A stretch of DNA of 64,000 bases from Candidatus Latescibacterota bacterium (GCA_965217865.1 CBDCJO010000002.1:3392001-3456000); one strand, 5' to 3'. Positions 9,646 to 19,612 are shown, numbered from the stretch's first letter. Made by a program: numbers and translations. The notes: generated by a model not told the origin, from the letters alone.

Positions 9646-11877
9646 ATGCCCGTCTTACGCGACAGGATCCTGGAATATTTTCAAGTCGAATCCCCACATC
9701 CCCTGAAGCTGCGGGATCTGGCCAAGGCCATGCGTATCTCCGATGAGGATTACGGCCAGCTCCGAAGAATGATGCGGCAGCTCGAGCAGGAAGGGTCCGT
9801 GGTCCGCCTCCGGAACAACCGGTACGGCCCTCCCGATAAGCTGAACCTGGCTGTGGGCCGGCTTAGCGTAAACCCGAGCGGGGGATTCGGATTTGTGTCC
9901 CGGGAAACGGGGGGGGAGGATGTCTTCGTCGGTTCCCGGGAGATGGCCATGGCTCTTCACGGGGACCGAGTTGTGGTTCGCCTTTATGGGCACCGGGGAC
10001 CCAAGCGGCAGCAGGAAGGGCAGGTCATCCGGGTGCTTGAACGATCGTTAAAGACCGTCGTCGGGGTATATCGTAAGGAAAAACGGTTCGGCTATGTGGC
10101 ACCCGACGACAGTCGCCTCACACGGGACATCTACGTGGCTGATGAGGAGGCAAGAGGGGCGGGATCCGGACAAAAGGTGGTCGTCAAAATTGAGGACTGG
10201 ACATCCGAGCATCTGAACCCGGAGGGTCGGATCGTCGAGGTGTTGGGCGACCCGGATTCCCCTGGGATGGATATCCTGTCGATCATCAAAGAGCACGACC
10301 TTCCCCTGGACTTTCCCGACCACATTCTCCATCTATCGGAATCGTTATCCGGCCGGATTCCCGAAGAAGAGATCAGGCTTCGGAGGGATCTCAGAGAGAT
10401 GACTTGCTTCACGATAGATCCCCCGGATGCGAAGGACTTCGACGATGCGGTCTCTCTGGACGGTAACGAGGACGGGACCATCCTGCTGGGCGTCCATATT
10501 GCGGACGTGAGTCATTACGTTCGCGAGGGGGCCGCCCTGGATCACGAGGCACGGGTCCGGGGCACCAGCGTCTACCTCGTGGACCGGGTCATTCCGATGC
10601 TTCCGGAACGCCTGTCGAACGAACTGTGCAGCCTGATTCCGGGAGAAGACCGTTTGGCGATTAGTGTTCTGGCCGACATGGACGCCGAGGGGAACCTGCT
10701 TGACTACCGGCTTGTGGAATCCGTTATTCGCAGCGCTGCCCGTCTGACTTACGATCAGGTTCAGTCCCTGCTCGATGGAGACGGGGACAACGGAGCGTCC
10801 CTCCACGCCGACCGGCTCCGTGGAATGGAGGCCCTCCGCCGCAAACTGACCGGCATGCGGATGGGACGCGGGGCAATCGACTTCGACCTTCCGGAGGCGA
10901 AGGTGCTCCTGGACCCGGAGGGGAACCCGTTGGATGTCCAGCGATATGAGCGTAAGAACAGTCACCGGCTGATCGAAGAATTCATGATCCTCGCCAACGA
11001 GATTGTCGCCCGTCACATGAACGAACGGGGGATTCCAGTTTTGTACCGGGTTCACGATCAACCGGACCGGACGAAGCTGGAGGAGTTCGCGGAACTGGCG
11101 GAATCCTTCGGTTATCGCTTTCCGTTGAAGGATATCGTCAAACCCCTCCAGATCAGCCGGTTCTTGAACAGCATCGCCGGAAAACGGGTGTCAGATGTCA
11201 TCAACGATATGCTCCTCCGTTCGATGAAGAAGGCGCTCTACACTCCGAAAAACATCGGGCACTTCGGGCTGGCCAGTCCGTACTACACACATTTTACCTC
11301 TCCGATCCGGCGATACCCCGATCTACTTTTACACCGAATCCTTCGAGAAGACCTGCGGGGCGAGTTGTCAGAAACCAGAAAGGAGGTGCTGAACCAGAAG
11401 CTCCCCCCCTTGGGGGATTTGAGCACGGAACGGGAGATGATCGCCGAGGACGCGGAGCGGAACTCCGTCAAGGTCAAACAGGTGCAGTTCATGGAAACGC
11501 GCCTGGGAGACGAGTTAGAAGGTTTGGTCGTCGGGGTTCGCCCGACGGGAATGTTCGTCCGGATCGGTGAATACTTGATCGACGGGTTTGTACGCGTCAG
11601 CTCAATGGAAGACGATTATTATCTGTTCGACGAGCGGATGCGTTCCTTGATGGGTCAGCGAACGGGCCGGGTCTTCCGGCTGGGTGATCCCGTCCGGGTG
11701 CGCGTCGTCCGGGCCGTGCGAAAACTTCGGCAGATCGACCTCATGCTGATCGAAAACGATGAAGACGCATCGGGCAAGGTTCGCGGGAAAAGGGGTGTGA
11801 GGGGACGGGGACGGAAATACGGAAACGGTAAACGGACCAGGAGAAGAATAGGTCCAGGTTCCAGAATCCAAAATTAA
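9646..11877 (+). CDS. rnr: Ribonuclease R
   Basis: N-terminal HTH and cold-shock domains, TIDPPDAKDFDDA, YTHFTSPIRRYPDL, S1 domain, basic C-terminal tail. Confidence 0.98.
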   Translation: MPVLRDRILEYFQVESPHPLKLRDLAKAMRISDEDYGQLRRMMRQLEQEGSVVRLRNNRYGPPDKLNLAVGRLSVNPSGGFGFVSRETGGEDVFVGSREMAMALHGDRVVVRLYGHRGPKRQQEGQVIRVLERSLKTVVGVYRKEKRFGYVAPDDSRLTRDIYVADEEARGAGSGQKVVVKIEDWTSEHLNPEGRIVEVLGDPDSPGMDILSIIKEHDLPLDFPDHILHLSESLSGRIPEEEIRLRRDLREMTCFTIDPPDAKDFDDAVSLDGNEDGTILLGVHIADVSHYVREGAALDHEARVRGTSVYLVDRVIPMLPERLSNELCSLIPGEDRLAISVLADMDAEGNLLDYRLVESVIRSAARLTYDQVQSLLDGDGDNGASLHADRLRGMEALRRKLTGMRMGRGAIDFDLPEAKVLLDPEGNPLDVQRYERKNSHRLIEEFMILANEIVARHMNERGIPVLYRVHDQPDRTKLEEFAELAESFGYRFPLKDIVKPLQISRFLNSIAGKRVSDVINDMLLRSMKKALYTPKNIGHFGLASPYYTHFTSPIRRYPDLLLHRILREDLRGELSETRKEVLNQKLPPLGDLSTEREMIAEDAERNSVKVKQVQFMETRLGDELEGLVVGVRPTGMFVRIGEYLIDGFVRVSSMEDDYYLFDERMRSLMGQRTGRVFRLGDPVRVRVVRAVRKLRQIDLMLIENDEDASGKVRGKRGVRGRGRKYGNGKRTRRRIGPGSRIQN

Positions 11878-12019
11878 GTTCCATGGCCCATGTTCCAGGT
11901 TTGCCAAATCGAAATAAACATTTATTTTATTCGTAGGCATCAACTGTATAGATTGTCTTGCTTAGAAGCGCTCCCCCGGCAGTTTCATCAATTGTCCACA
12001 CCTTAAGGAGTTCCACGCA

Positions 12020-13429
12020 ATGGGAGACGGGATAAAGGAAGCCTGCGGCGTTTTTGGGATCTTCGGGCATCGAAGGGCGGCGGAGATCACCTATCTCGGT
12101 CTGTATGCGCTCCAACACCGGGGAGAGGAGAGCAGCGGGATAGCGGCGGGAAACGGAAAGACTATGCGGATCCATACGGGCATGGGACACGTGACAGAGG
12201 TGTTCGAAGACAAGTCGATCCTCGAACGGCTTGGCGGGCACCTGGCGGTGGGCCATAATCGGTACTCCACCACCGGTTCCAACACCCTGCACAACGCACA
12301 GCCGTTCCTGGCCGAATGCCGAGATGATTATGTCGCCCTTGCCCACAACGGCAACCTGGTAAACGCAGCTCGGCTCAGGGGGGAAATGCATCAGAAGGGA
12401 TGCCTGTTTCAGACGACCAGCGACAGCGAGGTCATGGTGCATCTGATCGCCCGATCGCAGGAGGAGCGCCTGGAGGACCGGATCGTCGATGCCCTTTCCC
12501 AGGTGAAAGGGGCTTATGCGCTGGTTATCGCCACTCAGGATAAACTGATCGCCGTCCGGGACCCTCTCGGATTCCGGCCTCTTTGTCTCGGCCAGCTCGA
12601 CGACGCCTGGGTGGTGGCATCCGAGTCCTGTGCGATCGACATGGTTTCCGCCCGGTATATCCGGGACGTTGAACCCGGTGAGGTCCTTGTGGTCGATGAC
12701 GACGGCTTCAGGTCCATCCGGCCCTGGCCGGAAGAAAGGCATGCCTTCTGTGTGTTCGAATACATCTATTTTTCCAGGCCGGACAGCATCATCTTCGGAG
12801 ACAATGTCGACAAGACCCGCCGCCGTCTGGGTAAACAACTCGCCTTGGAGCAGCCTGCGGAGGCGGACATCGTCATCGCCGTCCCCGACTCCAGCAACAC
12901 GGCCGCGCTCGGCTATGCTCAGGCTTCGGGCATCAAGTTCGAAATCGGTCTTATCCGAAATCACTACGTGGGCCGGACTTTCATCAAACCCAGCCAGAAG
13001 ACAAGGGACTTTGAAGCCAGGGCGAAGTACAATCCTGTCCGCGGCGTGCTTAAAGGAAAAAAGATCGTGGTCGTTGAGGATTCCATCGTCCGGGGAACAA
13101 CGTTGAAACTTCTGACCAGGATGCTGAGGGAAGCGGGTGCGAAGGAGGTACACGTCCGCGTGAGTTCTCCGCCCATCATATCCCCCTGCTACTACGGGAT
13201 CGACTTTCAATCGACCGAAGAACTCGCTGCGTCTGAAAAAACCGTTGAACAGATCCGAAAGGTTCTCGGTGTGGATAGTCTCGGTTATCTGTCGATGGAA
13301 GGGATGCTGAGGGCCGTCCCGAACGATGGGGCGAACGAATACTGCACCGCTTGCTTCGATCGAAATTATCTCGTCCAGATCGAAGAAGAGGTCGGCAAGG
13401 CTGTTCTGGAAAGAAGATCACCGGGGTAG
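12020..13429 (+). CDS. purF: Amidophosphoribosyltransferase
   Basis: Propeptide followed by CGVFG, LQHRGEE, HNRYSTTG, VVVEDSIVRGTT, Fe-S cysteines (YCTACF). Confidence 0.98.
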   Translation: MGDGIKEACGVFGIFGHRRAAEITYLGLYALQHRGEESSGIAAGNGKTMRIHTGMGHVTEVFEDKSILERLGGHLAVGHNRYSTTGSNTLHNAQPFLAECRDDYVALAHNGNLVNAARLRGEMHQKGCLFQTTSDSEVMVHLIARSQEERLEDRIVDALSQVKGAYALVIATQDKLIAVRDPLGFRPLCLGQLDDAWVVASESCAIDMVSARYIRDVEPGEVLVVDDDGFRSIRPWPEERHAFCVFEYIYFSRPDSIIFGDNVDKTRRRLGKQLALEQPAEADIVIAVPDSSNTAALGYAQASGIKFEIGLIRNHYVGRTFIKPSQKTRDFEARAKYNPVRGVLKGKKIVVVEDSIVRGTTLKLLTRMLREAGAKEVHVRVSSPPIISPCYYGIDFQSTEELAASEKTVEQIRKVLGVDSLGYLSMEGMLRAVPNDGANEYCTACFDRNYLVQIEEEVGKAVLERRSPG

Positions 13430-13437
13430 TCTCAACG

Positions 13438-14936
13438 ATGTGCGGTATCTTTGGATATTTCGGCTCAAGGCTCGCCTATCCGCTTCTCCTGAACGGTTTG
13501 CAACGCCTTGAATACAGGGGCTATGATTCAGCGGGTTTATCCGTGATCGCCGACGGCCTCAAGACGGTCAAGGCGGTCGGGAAGGTAAAGAACCTGGAGG
13601 AACGGCTGAAAGCGGAGCCGGTATCCGGAAAAGTTGGAATCGCTCACTCCCGCTGGGCAACACACGGCATCCCCACAGAGCAGAACGCCCATCCCCATCA
13701 GGATTGCCAAGGCAAGATCGCTCTTGTCCACAACGGCATCATCGATAATTTCAAGTCCCTAAAAAGACTTTTGGAAGCCGAAGGCCACACCTTTGTGTCC
13801 GACACGGACAGTGAAGTCGTCGCGCACCTGATCGAAGAATTTTACGAAGGGGAGCTCGAAGATGCAGTTCGGAAGGCGGTCCTGGAGATTGAAGGTACAT
13901 ACGGGTTGGTCGTGATTCACGAGCAAGAGAAAAAGATGGTTGCAGCAAGAAAGGGAAGCCCTCTGGTTCTGGGGATCGGGGAGGATGAGTATTTTGTCGC
14001 ATCCGATCCGACAGCGATCGCCGAACACACTCGGAATGTGGTCTATCTCGAGGACTTGAATGTTTTGACGGTTGACGAAAGCGGCTACCGGGTTACGGAC
14101 CCCACGAATGTGCTGGTCGACCACAAGGTTCAGGAGATCACGTGGGAGATTGAGGAGATCGAACGGGGAGCGTTCGATCACTTCATGCTCAAGGAGATCT
14201 TCGAGCAGCCCGCCCGAATTCAAGACACCTGCCGAGGCCGGATGAATCCTTTCAAGGGAGAGGTCTATCTGGGAGGCCTGAGAGAGGTTTCAAGCCGGCT
14301 CTCGAAGGCGAGGAGGATCATCATCTCATCCTGCGGTACCTCCTGGCACGCCGGACTCGTTGGGGAATATCTCCTTGAATCCCTGGCAAAGGTCCCCGTG
14401 GAGGTGGAATATTCAACGGAGGTCGTGTGCAAGGAGCCCATGCTTGGCCCCGGGGATGTCATGATCGCCGTCAGCCAATCGGGGGAGACCGCGGATACCC
14501 TGACCGCCCTTCGCTTTGCCGCGTCTCGTGGGGCCCTGACGCTTGGGATGGTGAATGTAGTCGGCAGCAGCATCGCAAGGGAGACGGATGCAGGTGTTTT
14601 TATCCACGTCGGACCGGAGATCGGGGTGGCCAGCACCAAGGCGTTCACCGGACACCTCACCGCCTTCGTGTTGCTTGGGATCTATCTCGGGGGTCTCAGG
14701 GGTAACCTGGATGTCGGCAGGGCGAAGCAGATTTTAAAGGAGCTTGGGCGTATTCCCGCATATATCGATAGCATTCTCGCTCGAAACGAGGAGATCCGTG
14801 AGATCGCCCGAATCTATTCGGAGAGTTCAAATTTCCTTTACCTTGGTCGCGGCATCAATTTTCCCGTAGCCCTTGAGGGGGCCCTTAAATTGAAGACAAG
14901 CCCCGAAACCTGGCAAAGGCCGTCACGGTGGAGTGA
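13438..14936 (+). pseudogene. glmS: Glucosamine-6-phosphate synthase with a large internal deletion and frameshift
   Basis: Starts MCGIFG at 13438; LEYRGYDSAG, HSRWATHG, SQSGETADTL; breaks after ALEGALKLK (14895), where another frame reads DKPRNLAKAVTVE* (stop 14934-14936), the GlmS C-terminus. Confidence 0.93.
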
Positions 14937-14954
14937 AATTGGGGACTCGGACAG

Positions 14955-15422
14955 ATGGAATATCGATTGGCAATCGATTCGGATGCCCCCGGGATCGGAG
15001 AGGTCCTGGTCCAATCCTATAATATCGACACCAAGGAGGAGGGGACTTCCGCCTTCCGAGAGGAAAGCCGCAGGGGCATTCATTACGTGGTGGCGGTCGA
15101 AGAGGGAAAGGTGGTGGGATTGACCACGTGGCTGCCCCACGGCCTCCCGAAACACGGGCTGGCGGAGCTGGATCGGATTGCAGTCCTTCCCGAGATGCGC
15201 GGTCGGGGCGTTGCGGGCGGTCTGTTCGAGGCCCTGATGGCCGATATCGACAAAGACTATCGGAAGCACGGTTTCGGCCTCCGAAAGCTGTTCCTGATGA
15301 CCCACGCGAACAATCTGAGGGCGCAGGCCTTTTATAAGAAGATGGGATTTCAGGTGGAGGCCACGCTCATGGATCACTTTTATAAAGGGGTGGATGAGTG
15401 CGTGATGTCCCTTGTTCGGTAA
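14955..15422 (+). CDS. GNAT family N-acetyltransferase
   Basis: IAVLPEMRGRGVA acetyl-CoA motif, NLRAQAFYKKMGF. Confidence 0.92.
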   Translation: MEYRLAIDSDAPGIGEVLVQSYNIDTKEEGTSAFREESRRGIHYVVAVEEGKVVGLTTWLPHGLPKHGLAELDRIAVLPEMRGRGVAGGLFEALMADIDKDYRKHGFGLRKLFLMTHANNLRAQAFYKKMGFQVEATLMDHFYKGVDECVMSLVR

Positions 15423-15486
15423 TTTATTTTTAAGAATCGAACAACATGGGACCGAGTAACCTTTCAAACTTAATCCAGAGGGTACG

Positions 15487-16116
15487 ATGAAAGTGCTGAT
15501 CATCGGGGCCAACGGCAACACTGCAACTCGTGTCGTGCAAAGATTAAAGAATGGGCCACACGCCCCTTTGGCCATGATACGAAACCCGGAGCAACGGGCA
15601 AAATTTGACGACATGGGTGTACCGACGGTTCTGGGCGACCTTGAGTATCCGATCGACCACGCGGTCAAATCTTGCGACGCAGTCATCTTCGCCGCTGGCT
15701 CGGGCGGCCATACCGGGAAAGACAAAACGGTTCTGGTTGATCACATCGGAGCCATTCGAGCTATGGTCACTGCCGGGGTGCACGGTGCAAAGCGTTTTAT
15801 TATGCTCAGCACCATAAATCCGTACGTCGACATCCCATCGTCTATCGCCCACTATCTGAGGGCGAAGGCCCTCGCCGACGATCATCTGCAACACTCTGAT
15901 TTGGACTACACGATCATCTGTCCCGGCGGTCTGAAGAACGAAACCGGTACGGGTACGGTCTCTGTCAGTTCTGAACTGCATATCGAGGGGAAGACTTCTC
16001 GCGATAACCTCGCCGCTGCGCTGGTGATGTGTCTTGATTTACAGAACACGGTTCGCAAGTGTTTCAGCCTGCTCGAAGGAAGCACTCCATTGGGCGATGC
16101 GCTTCGATCGATTTAA
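15487..16116 (+). CDS. NAD(P)-binding atypical SDR oxidoreductase
   Basis: KVLIIGANG, DAVIFAAGSG, YLRAK (YxxxK), DYTIICPGGL. Confidence 0.9.
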   Translation: MKVLIIGANGNTATRVVQRLKNGPHAPLAMIRNPEQRAKFDDMGVPTVLGDLEYPIDHAVKSCDAVIFAAGSGGHTGKDKTVLVDHIGAIRAMVTAGVHGAKRFIMLSTINPYVDIPSSIAHYLRAKALADDHLQHSDLDYTIICPGGLKNETGTGTVSVSSELHIEGKTSRDNLAAALVMCLDLQNTVRKCFSLLEGSTPLGDALRSI

Positions 16117-16193
16117 TGATGGGTTGTTTGGCCAAGCCGTTGCTCGACACAAGCGCTCCTCAATAGTCTAGAGGCTTTAGAGGGAGGGCAGAT

Positions 16194-16478
16194 ATGTGCC
16201 GGAACATCAAGACGCTCTTCAACTTCGAACCACCCGCGACCGATGACGAGGTTCGGGCGGCGTCGCTGCAGTTCGTCAGGAAGCTCAGCGGGTTCAAGAA
16301 GCCGTCGAAGGCGAATGAAGCCGCCTTCGAGCTGGGGGTCGAACAGGTCGCGGGGGCCGCTCGTACGATGCTCGGCGCGATGGTCACCGCAGCCGAGCCG
16401 CACAATCGCGAGGCGGAAGCCGTCAAGGCCCGCGAGAGGGTTGCCCTGAGGTTCGGCTCGGGCCGTGGGGTGGCCTGA
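16194..16478 (+). CDS. DUF2277 family protein
   Basis: Characteristic MCRNIKTLFNFEPPATDDEVRAASLQFVRKLSGF start; RBS ggagg. Confidence 0.85.
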   Translation: MCRNIKTLFNFEPPATDDEVRAASLQFVRKLSGFKKPSKANEAAFELGVEQVAGAARTMLGAMVTAAEPHNREAEAVKARERVALRFGSGRGVA

Positions 16479-16552
16479 CAGGGGCTGCATCAGCCGTAAA
16501 TAGAGAAGTCTCGTATGATCCCGGTGGAATAATAATTTTATTCGGAGCGGGA

Positions 16553-18097
16553 ATGCCCACTTCCAAACTCACCGATAAGGCGATCCTTCTAAGACCCGGG
16601 GATGACGTGGCCGTTGCGAAGGCTCCGTTGTCGGAAGGTTCGGTCCTGGAGCACAAAGGAGAGGCCATAGCGGTTCGCGGGGAGATCCCATTCGGCCATA
16701 AGATCTCCCTGAAGAACATCAAGTCGGGGGATCCGGTGCACAAGTATCACCAGGTGATCGGATTCGCGACGGGAGAGATTTTCCCCGGGGAATGGGTGCA
16801 CGTCCATAACTTGGGGATGGGTGACCGGAAATTGGATTACGAGTTCTGCACCGAAATCGAACCGGTAGAGATGGTCCCGACTGATCAGATTCCGAGTTTT
16901 ATGGGTTACAAACGGGCGGACGGCCGTGTCGGGACGCGCAATTTCGTGGCCCTTGTATCCACGGTGAACTGTTCGGCCAGCATGTCCCGTTTCGTGGCTC
17001 AAAAATTCACGAATGTGTCGAATGACTACCCCAACGTAGACGGCGTTATCGCCGTTACGCACAAAGGCGGTTGCGCCACCCGGATCGGGGGCGAAGACTA
17101 CAACCTTCTCCAGCGGACCTTGGCCGGTTATTCCATGCACCCGAATGTCTTTGGCTACGTGGTCACGAGCCTGGGATGCGAGGCCAACAACCCCGGGGAC
17201 CTGATCAACAACCAGAAGTTGCTTCATATCCAGACCAGCCTTAGGCCAGAGGTGATCGGGATCCAGGACTCGGGCGGTATCCAGCAGGCGGTGGAGCGAG
17301 GGGTCCGGGCGGTGGTTGAGATGCTCCCCCAGGCCAACGAAGCCAGGCGCACCCCGCAACCCATTTCGGAGATCGTTCTGGCAGCCGAATGCGGGGGCAG
17401 CGACGCAAATTCCGGCATCACGGCCAACGCCGCGGTGGGATGGACGATGGATGAACTGGTCCGATGCGGGGGGACCGGCATCATCTCCGAGACCCCCGAG
17501 GCCTACGGTGCGGAACAGCTCCTGACCCGTCGGGCAAGGACACCGGAAATCGGGAAAAAGCTGGTCGCGCGGATCAAGTGGTGGGAATGGTACGCGAGCA
17601 TACTCGGAGCGGAAATCAACAACAATCCGGCGCCGGGCAATATCCAGGGGGGCCTTACGACGATCTATGAAAAGTCGCTCGGGGCTGTGGCAAAGGGGGG
17701 GACAACCCCTCTGAACGATGTGCTCCTGTATGGCGAGAAGGTCCGGTCCAGGGGTTTTCTGTTCATGGATACCCCCGGGCTCGACAATGTCTCCGTCACG
17801 GGGATGGTGGCGGGGGGTGCGAATGTCGTCGTTTTCACCACGGGACGAGGGTCCGTCTTCGGCTGCAAACCTTCGCCATCGATCAAAGTCGCCTCCAACA
17901 GCGCGCTTTACCACCACATGAACGATGATATGGATATCGATGCCGGCGTGGTCCTGGATGGGACGCCCGCATCCGAAGCGGGCAGGCTGATCTTTGAAGA
18001 GGTCATCGCGGTCGCAAGCGGAAAAAGGACCAAGAGCGAAATCCACGGGGTGGGAGATGAAGAATTCTCGCCCTGGACCCTGGGGCCGGTGTTGTGA
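16553..18097 (+). CDS. uxaA: Altronate/galactarate dehydratase family protein (SAF + GD_AH domains)
   Basis: GHKISL, WVHVHNL, GRVGTRN, VNCSA, ECGGSD, GGLTTIYEKSLGA, FTTGRGS. Confidence 0.9.
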   Translation: MPTSKLTDKAILLRPGDDVAVAKAPLSEGSVLEHKGEAIAVRGEIPFGHKISLKNIKSGDPVHKYHQVIGFATGEIFPGEWVHVHNLGMGDRKLDYEFCTEIEPVEMVPTDQIPSFMGYKRADGRVGTRNFVALVSTVNCSASMSRFVAQKFTNVSNDYPNVDGVIAVTHKGGCATRIGGEDYNLLQRTLAGYSMHPNVFGYVVTSLGCEANNPGDLINNQKLLHIQTSLRPEVIGIQDSGGIQQAVERGVRAVVEMLPQANEARRTPQPISEIVLAAECGGSDANSGITANAAVGWTMDELVRCGGTGIISETPEAYGAEQLLTRRARTPEIGKKLVARIKWWEWYASILGAEINNNPAPGNIQGGLTTIYEKSLGAVAKGGTTPLNDVLLYGEKVRSRGFLFMDTPGLDNVSVTGMVAGGANVVVFTTGRGSVFGCKPSPSIKVASNSALYHHMNDDMDIDAGVVLDGTPASEAGRLIFEEVIAVASGKRTKSEIHGVGDEEFSPWTLGPVL

Positions 18098-18127
18098 GCT
18101 CCATGGAAAATTTGTGTTGATTTCGAA

Positions 18128-18157
18128 GGGAGAAGCCCGGCTTCTCCCCTTTTTTTT
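18128..18157 (+). terminator. Intrinsic terminator after uxaA
   Basis: GGGAGAAGC-ccg-GCTTCTCCC followed by a T8 run. Confidence 0.8.
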
Positions 18158-18235
18158 CCCGATTACCGCTATCGGACTCGGGGTCGGTATCGGGTAGATT
18201 TTTCAATTGGGCGGAAAAAGTACCCTCCAGGTAGG

Positions 18236-18377
18236 GGTGATGTCCGTCACAACCCCGAATAATGGGGTGACATCCGCCCGGTTTTGGTCGGAGGGGTCTA
18301 TGACCTGGCTCACAAGACGGTGCCATGCGTGTGATGAGGGTCACTGCCTTTCAGATGATCGTGTGATGAGAGTCACG
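18236..18377. promoter_or_regulatory. Array of five CRP-type palindromes (TGTGA-N6-TCACA-like)
   Basis: GGTGA-tgtccg-TCACA (18236), GGTGA-catccg-CCCGG (18266, degenerate), TATGA-cctggc-TCACA (18299), TGTGA-tgaggg-TCACT (18330), TGTGA-tgagag-TCACG (18362). Confidence 0.75.
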
Positions 18378-18455
18378 TTCCTTAAACCCTGGCATTAAAA
18401 TTGCGGAATCCAGTCAGAAGAGAGGCCACAAGTTACTTGCCCGATTGATTTAAGG

Positions 18456-18484
18456 TTGACAAGCCCTAGCGTGGTCTCTATATT
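18456..18484 (+). promoter_or_regulatory. Sigma70-type promoter of the pilin locus
   Basis: TTGACA (18456-18461), 17 bp spacer, TATATT (18479-18484); GGAGG RBS before ATG 18511. Confidence 0.8.
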
Positions 18485-18510
18485 ACTAAGCGCCTCATGG
18501 AGGACTGAAC

Positions 18511-18891
18511 ATGGGTCAGACGCAAGTCCTGTTGATTGTTCTGGTGGTTATTATTGTCGGTATTTCGCTGAGTACCGGGATCACCATGTTCGGCCAGAGC
18601 GCCACGGCATCCAACAGAGATGCGGTCGTTCACGATTGTCAGACCATTGCTTCGTACGCACAGCAGTATTATAAGAAACCTTCAGAGATGGGCGGGGGTG
18701 CGCGCACCTTCACCGGACTGACTCTGGCCAAGTTGAACTGGCCCTCTCCGAATGACAATGGGAGCTATACCTTAACCGTCACCGATCCTCAGAATATCTC
18801 GATCGGGGGCACAGGTGTGGAGTCAGGGGTATCCTGCACCTTGCCCGTGAATGGGACCACGGGCATCGGGGCGCCTACCATAACGCCATAA
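18511..18891 (+). CDS. Type IV pilin-like protein 1 (non-canonical leader)
   Basis: MG|QTQVLLIVLVVIIVGISLSTGI hydrophobic helix, small globular head, two Cys; heads a PilC/B/T/Q locus. Confidence 0.85.
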   Translation: MGQTQVLLIVLVVIIVGISLSTGITMFGQSATASNRDAVVHDCQTIASYAQQYYKKPSEMGGGARTFTGLTLAKLNWPSPNDNGSYTLTVTDPQNISIGGTGVESGVSCTLPVNGTTGIGAPTITP

Positions 18892-19026
18892 AAATATAGA
18901 TTGGGGATCCGACATAAACAAACTGCACACTTGAGGAGGTGATCCACAGGTCTCTGGGTCGGTTGTTAGATTGCCAGTCGGTATTACAACCCTTTGGTTT
19001 TAGCGTTTTTCCAAGGAGGCAGTAAA

Positions 19027-19407
19027 ATGGGACAAACCCAAATCCTGATGATCGTGCTCGCGGTCATTATCGTTGGCATCGCCGTCGCGGCGGGTATCAC
19101 GATGTTTTCCCAGAGTGCTGTGACGGCCAACCGGGACGCCGTGGTTTTAGATTGCAACTCGATCGCATCGATGTCCATGCAATACTATAAGAAGCCCACC
19201 GAAATGGGGGGGGGAAACCGCACCTTCACAGGATTGACGCTGGCCAAGCTGAATTTCGCTGCCAGTAACAACAATGGAGGCTACACCCTGACCGTGACAG
19301 ACGCCCAGAACATCTCCATCGTCGGGACTGGGGTGGAAACCGGGGTCTCCTGCACGACGCCGGTCAACGGCACCACGGGCATCGGGACGCCCACGATCAC
19401 CCCGTAA
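19027..19407 (+). CDS. Type IV pilin-like protein 2 (paralogue, ~76% identical by hand count)
   Basis: AGGAGG RBS, ATG 19027, MGQTQILMIVLAVIIVGIAVAAGI; 126 aa like pilin 1, same Cys pair. Confidence 0.85.
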   Translation: MGQTQILMIVLAVIIVGIAVAAGITMFSQSAVTANRDAVVLDCNSIASMSMQYYKKPTEMGGGNRTFTGLTLAKLNFAASNNNGGYTLTVTDAQNISIVGTGVETGVSCTTPVNGTTGIGTPTITP

Positions 19408-19440
19408 CTCGGGTTTCAAGGCTCGCATGTGCATCAACGA

Positions 19441-19470
19441 AGGGCAGGTCTTCACGGGAGGGCCTGCCCT
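19441..19470 (+). terminator. Stem-loop after the pilin genes (weak terminator or 3' stabiliser)
   Basis: AGGGCAGGTC...GGCCTGCCCT stem with a poor U tract. Confidence 0.5.
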
Positions 19471-19612
19471 GAAATTTAAGATAATCGAGGGTCGCTAACG
19501 GCGATTTACGACTGTTTCAACTTGCCGCTAGGTCTAACATATTATTTTTATACGAAATCGCAGGTTACGGTTATGTTTTGGGCTCGGGACTTTTGGACTG
19601 TGACTTTTAAGG

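Noticed and set aside
13351-15123. 590-aa ORF as an intact GlmS or GlmS-GNAT fusion; glmS ribozyme
   Set aside because: True start is 13438 and the tail after 14895 is out-of-frame read-through. Only 8 bp separate purF and glmS, leaving no room for a ribozyme.
18892-19026. c-di-GMP riboswitch or 16S rRNA fragment between the pilins
   Set aside because: No GEMM signature recognised; the rRNA match is limited to 13 nt of anti-SD complement.
18511-19407. pilE/pilS silent-cassette antigenic variation
   Set aside because: Both genes are full length with their own RBS and N-terminal helix.
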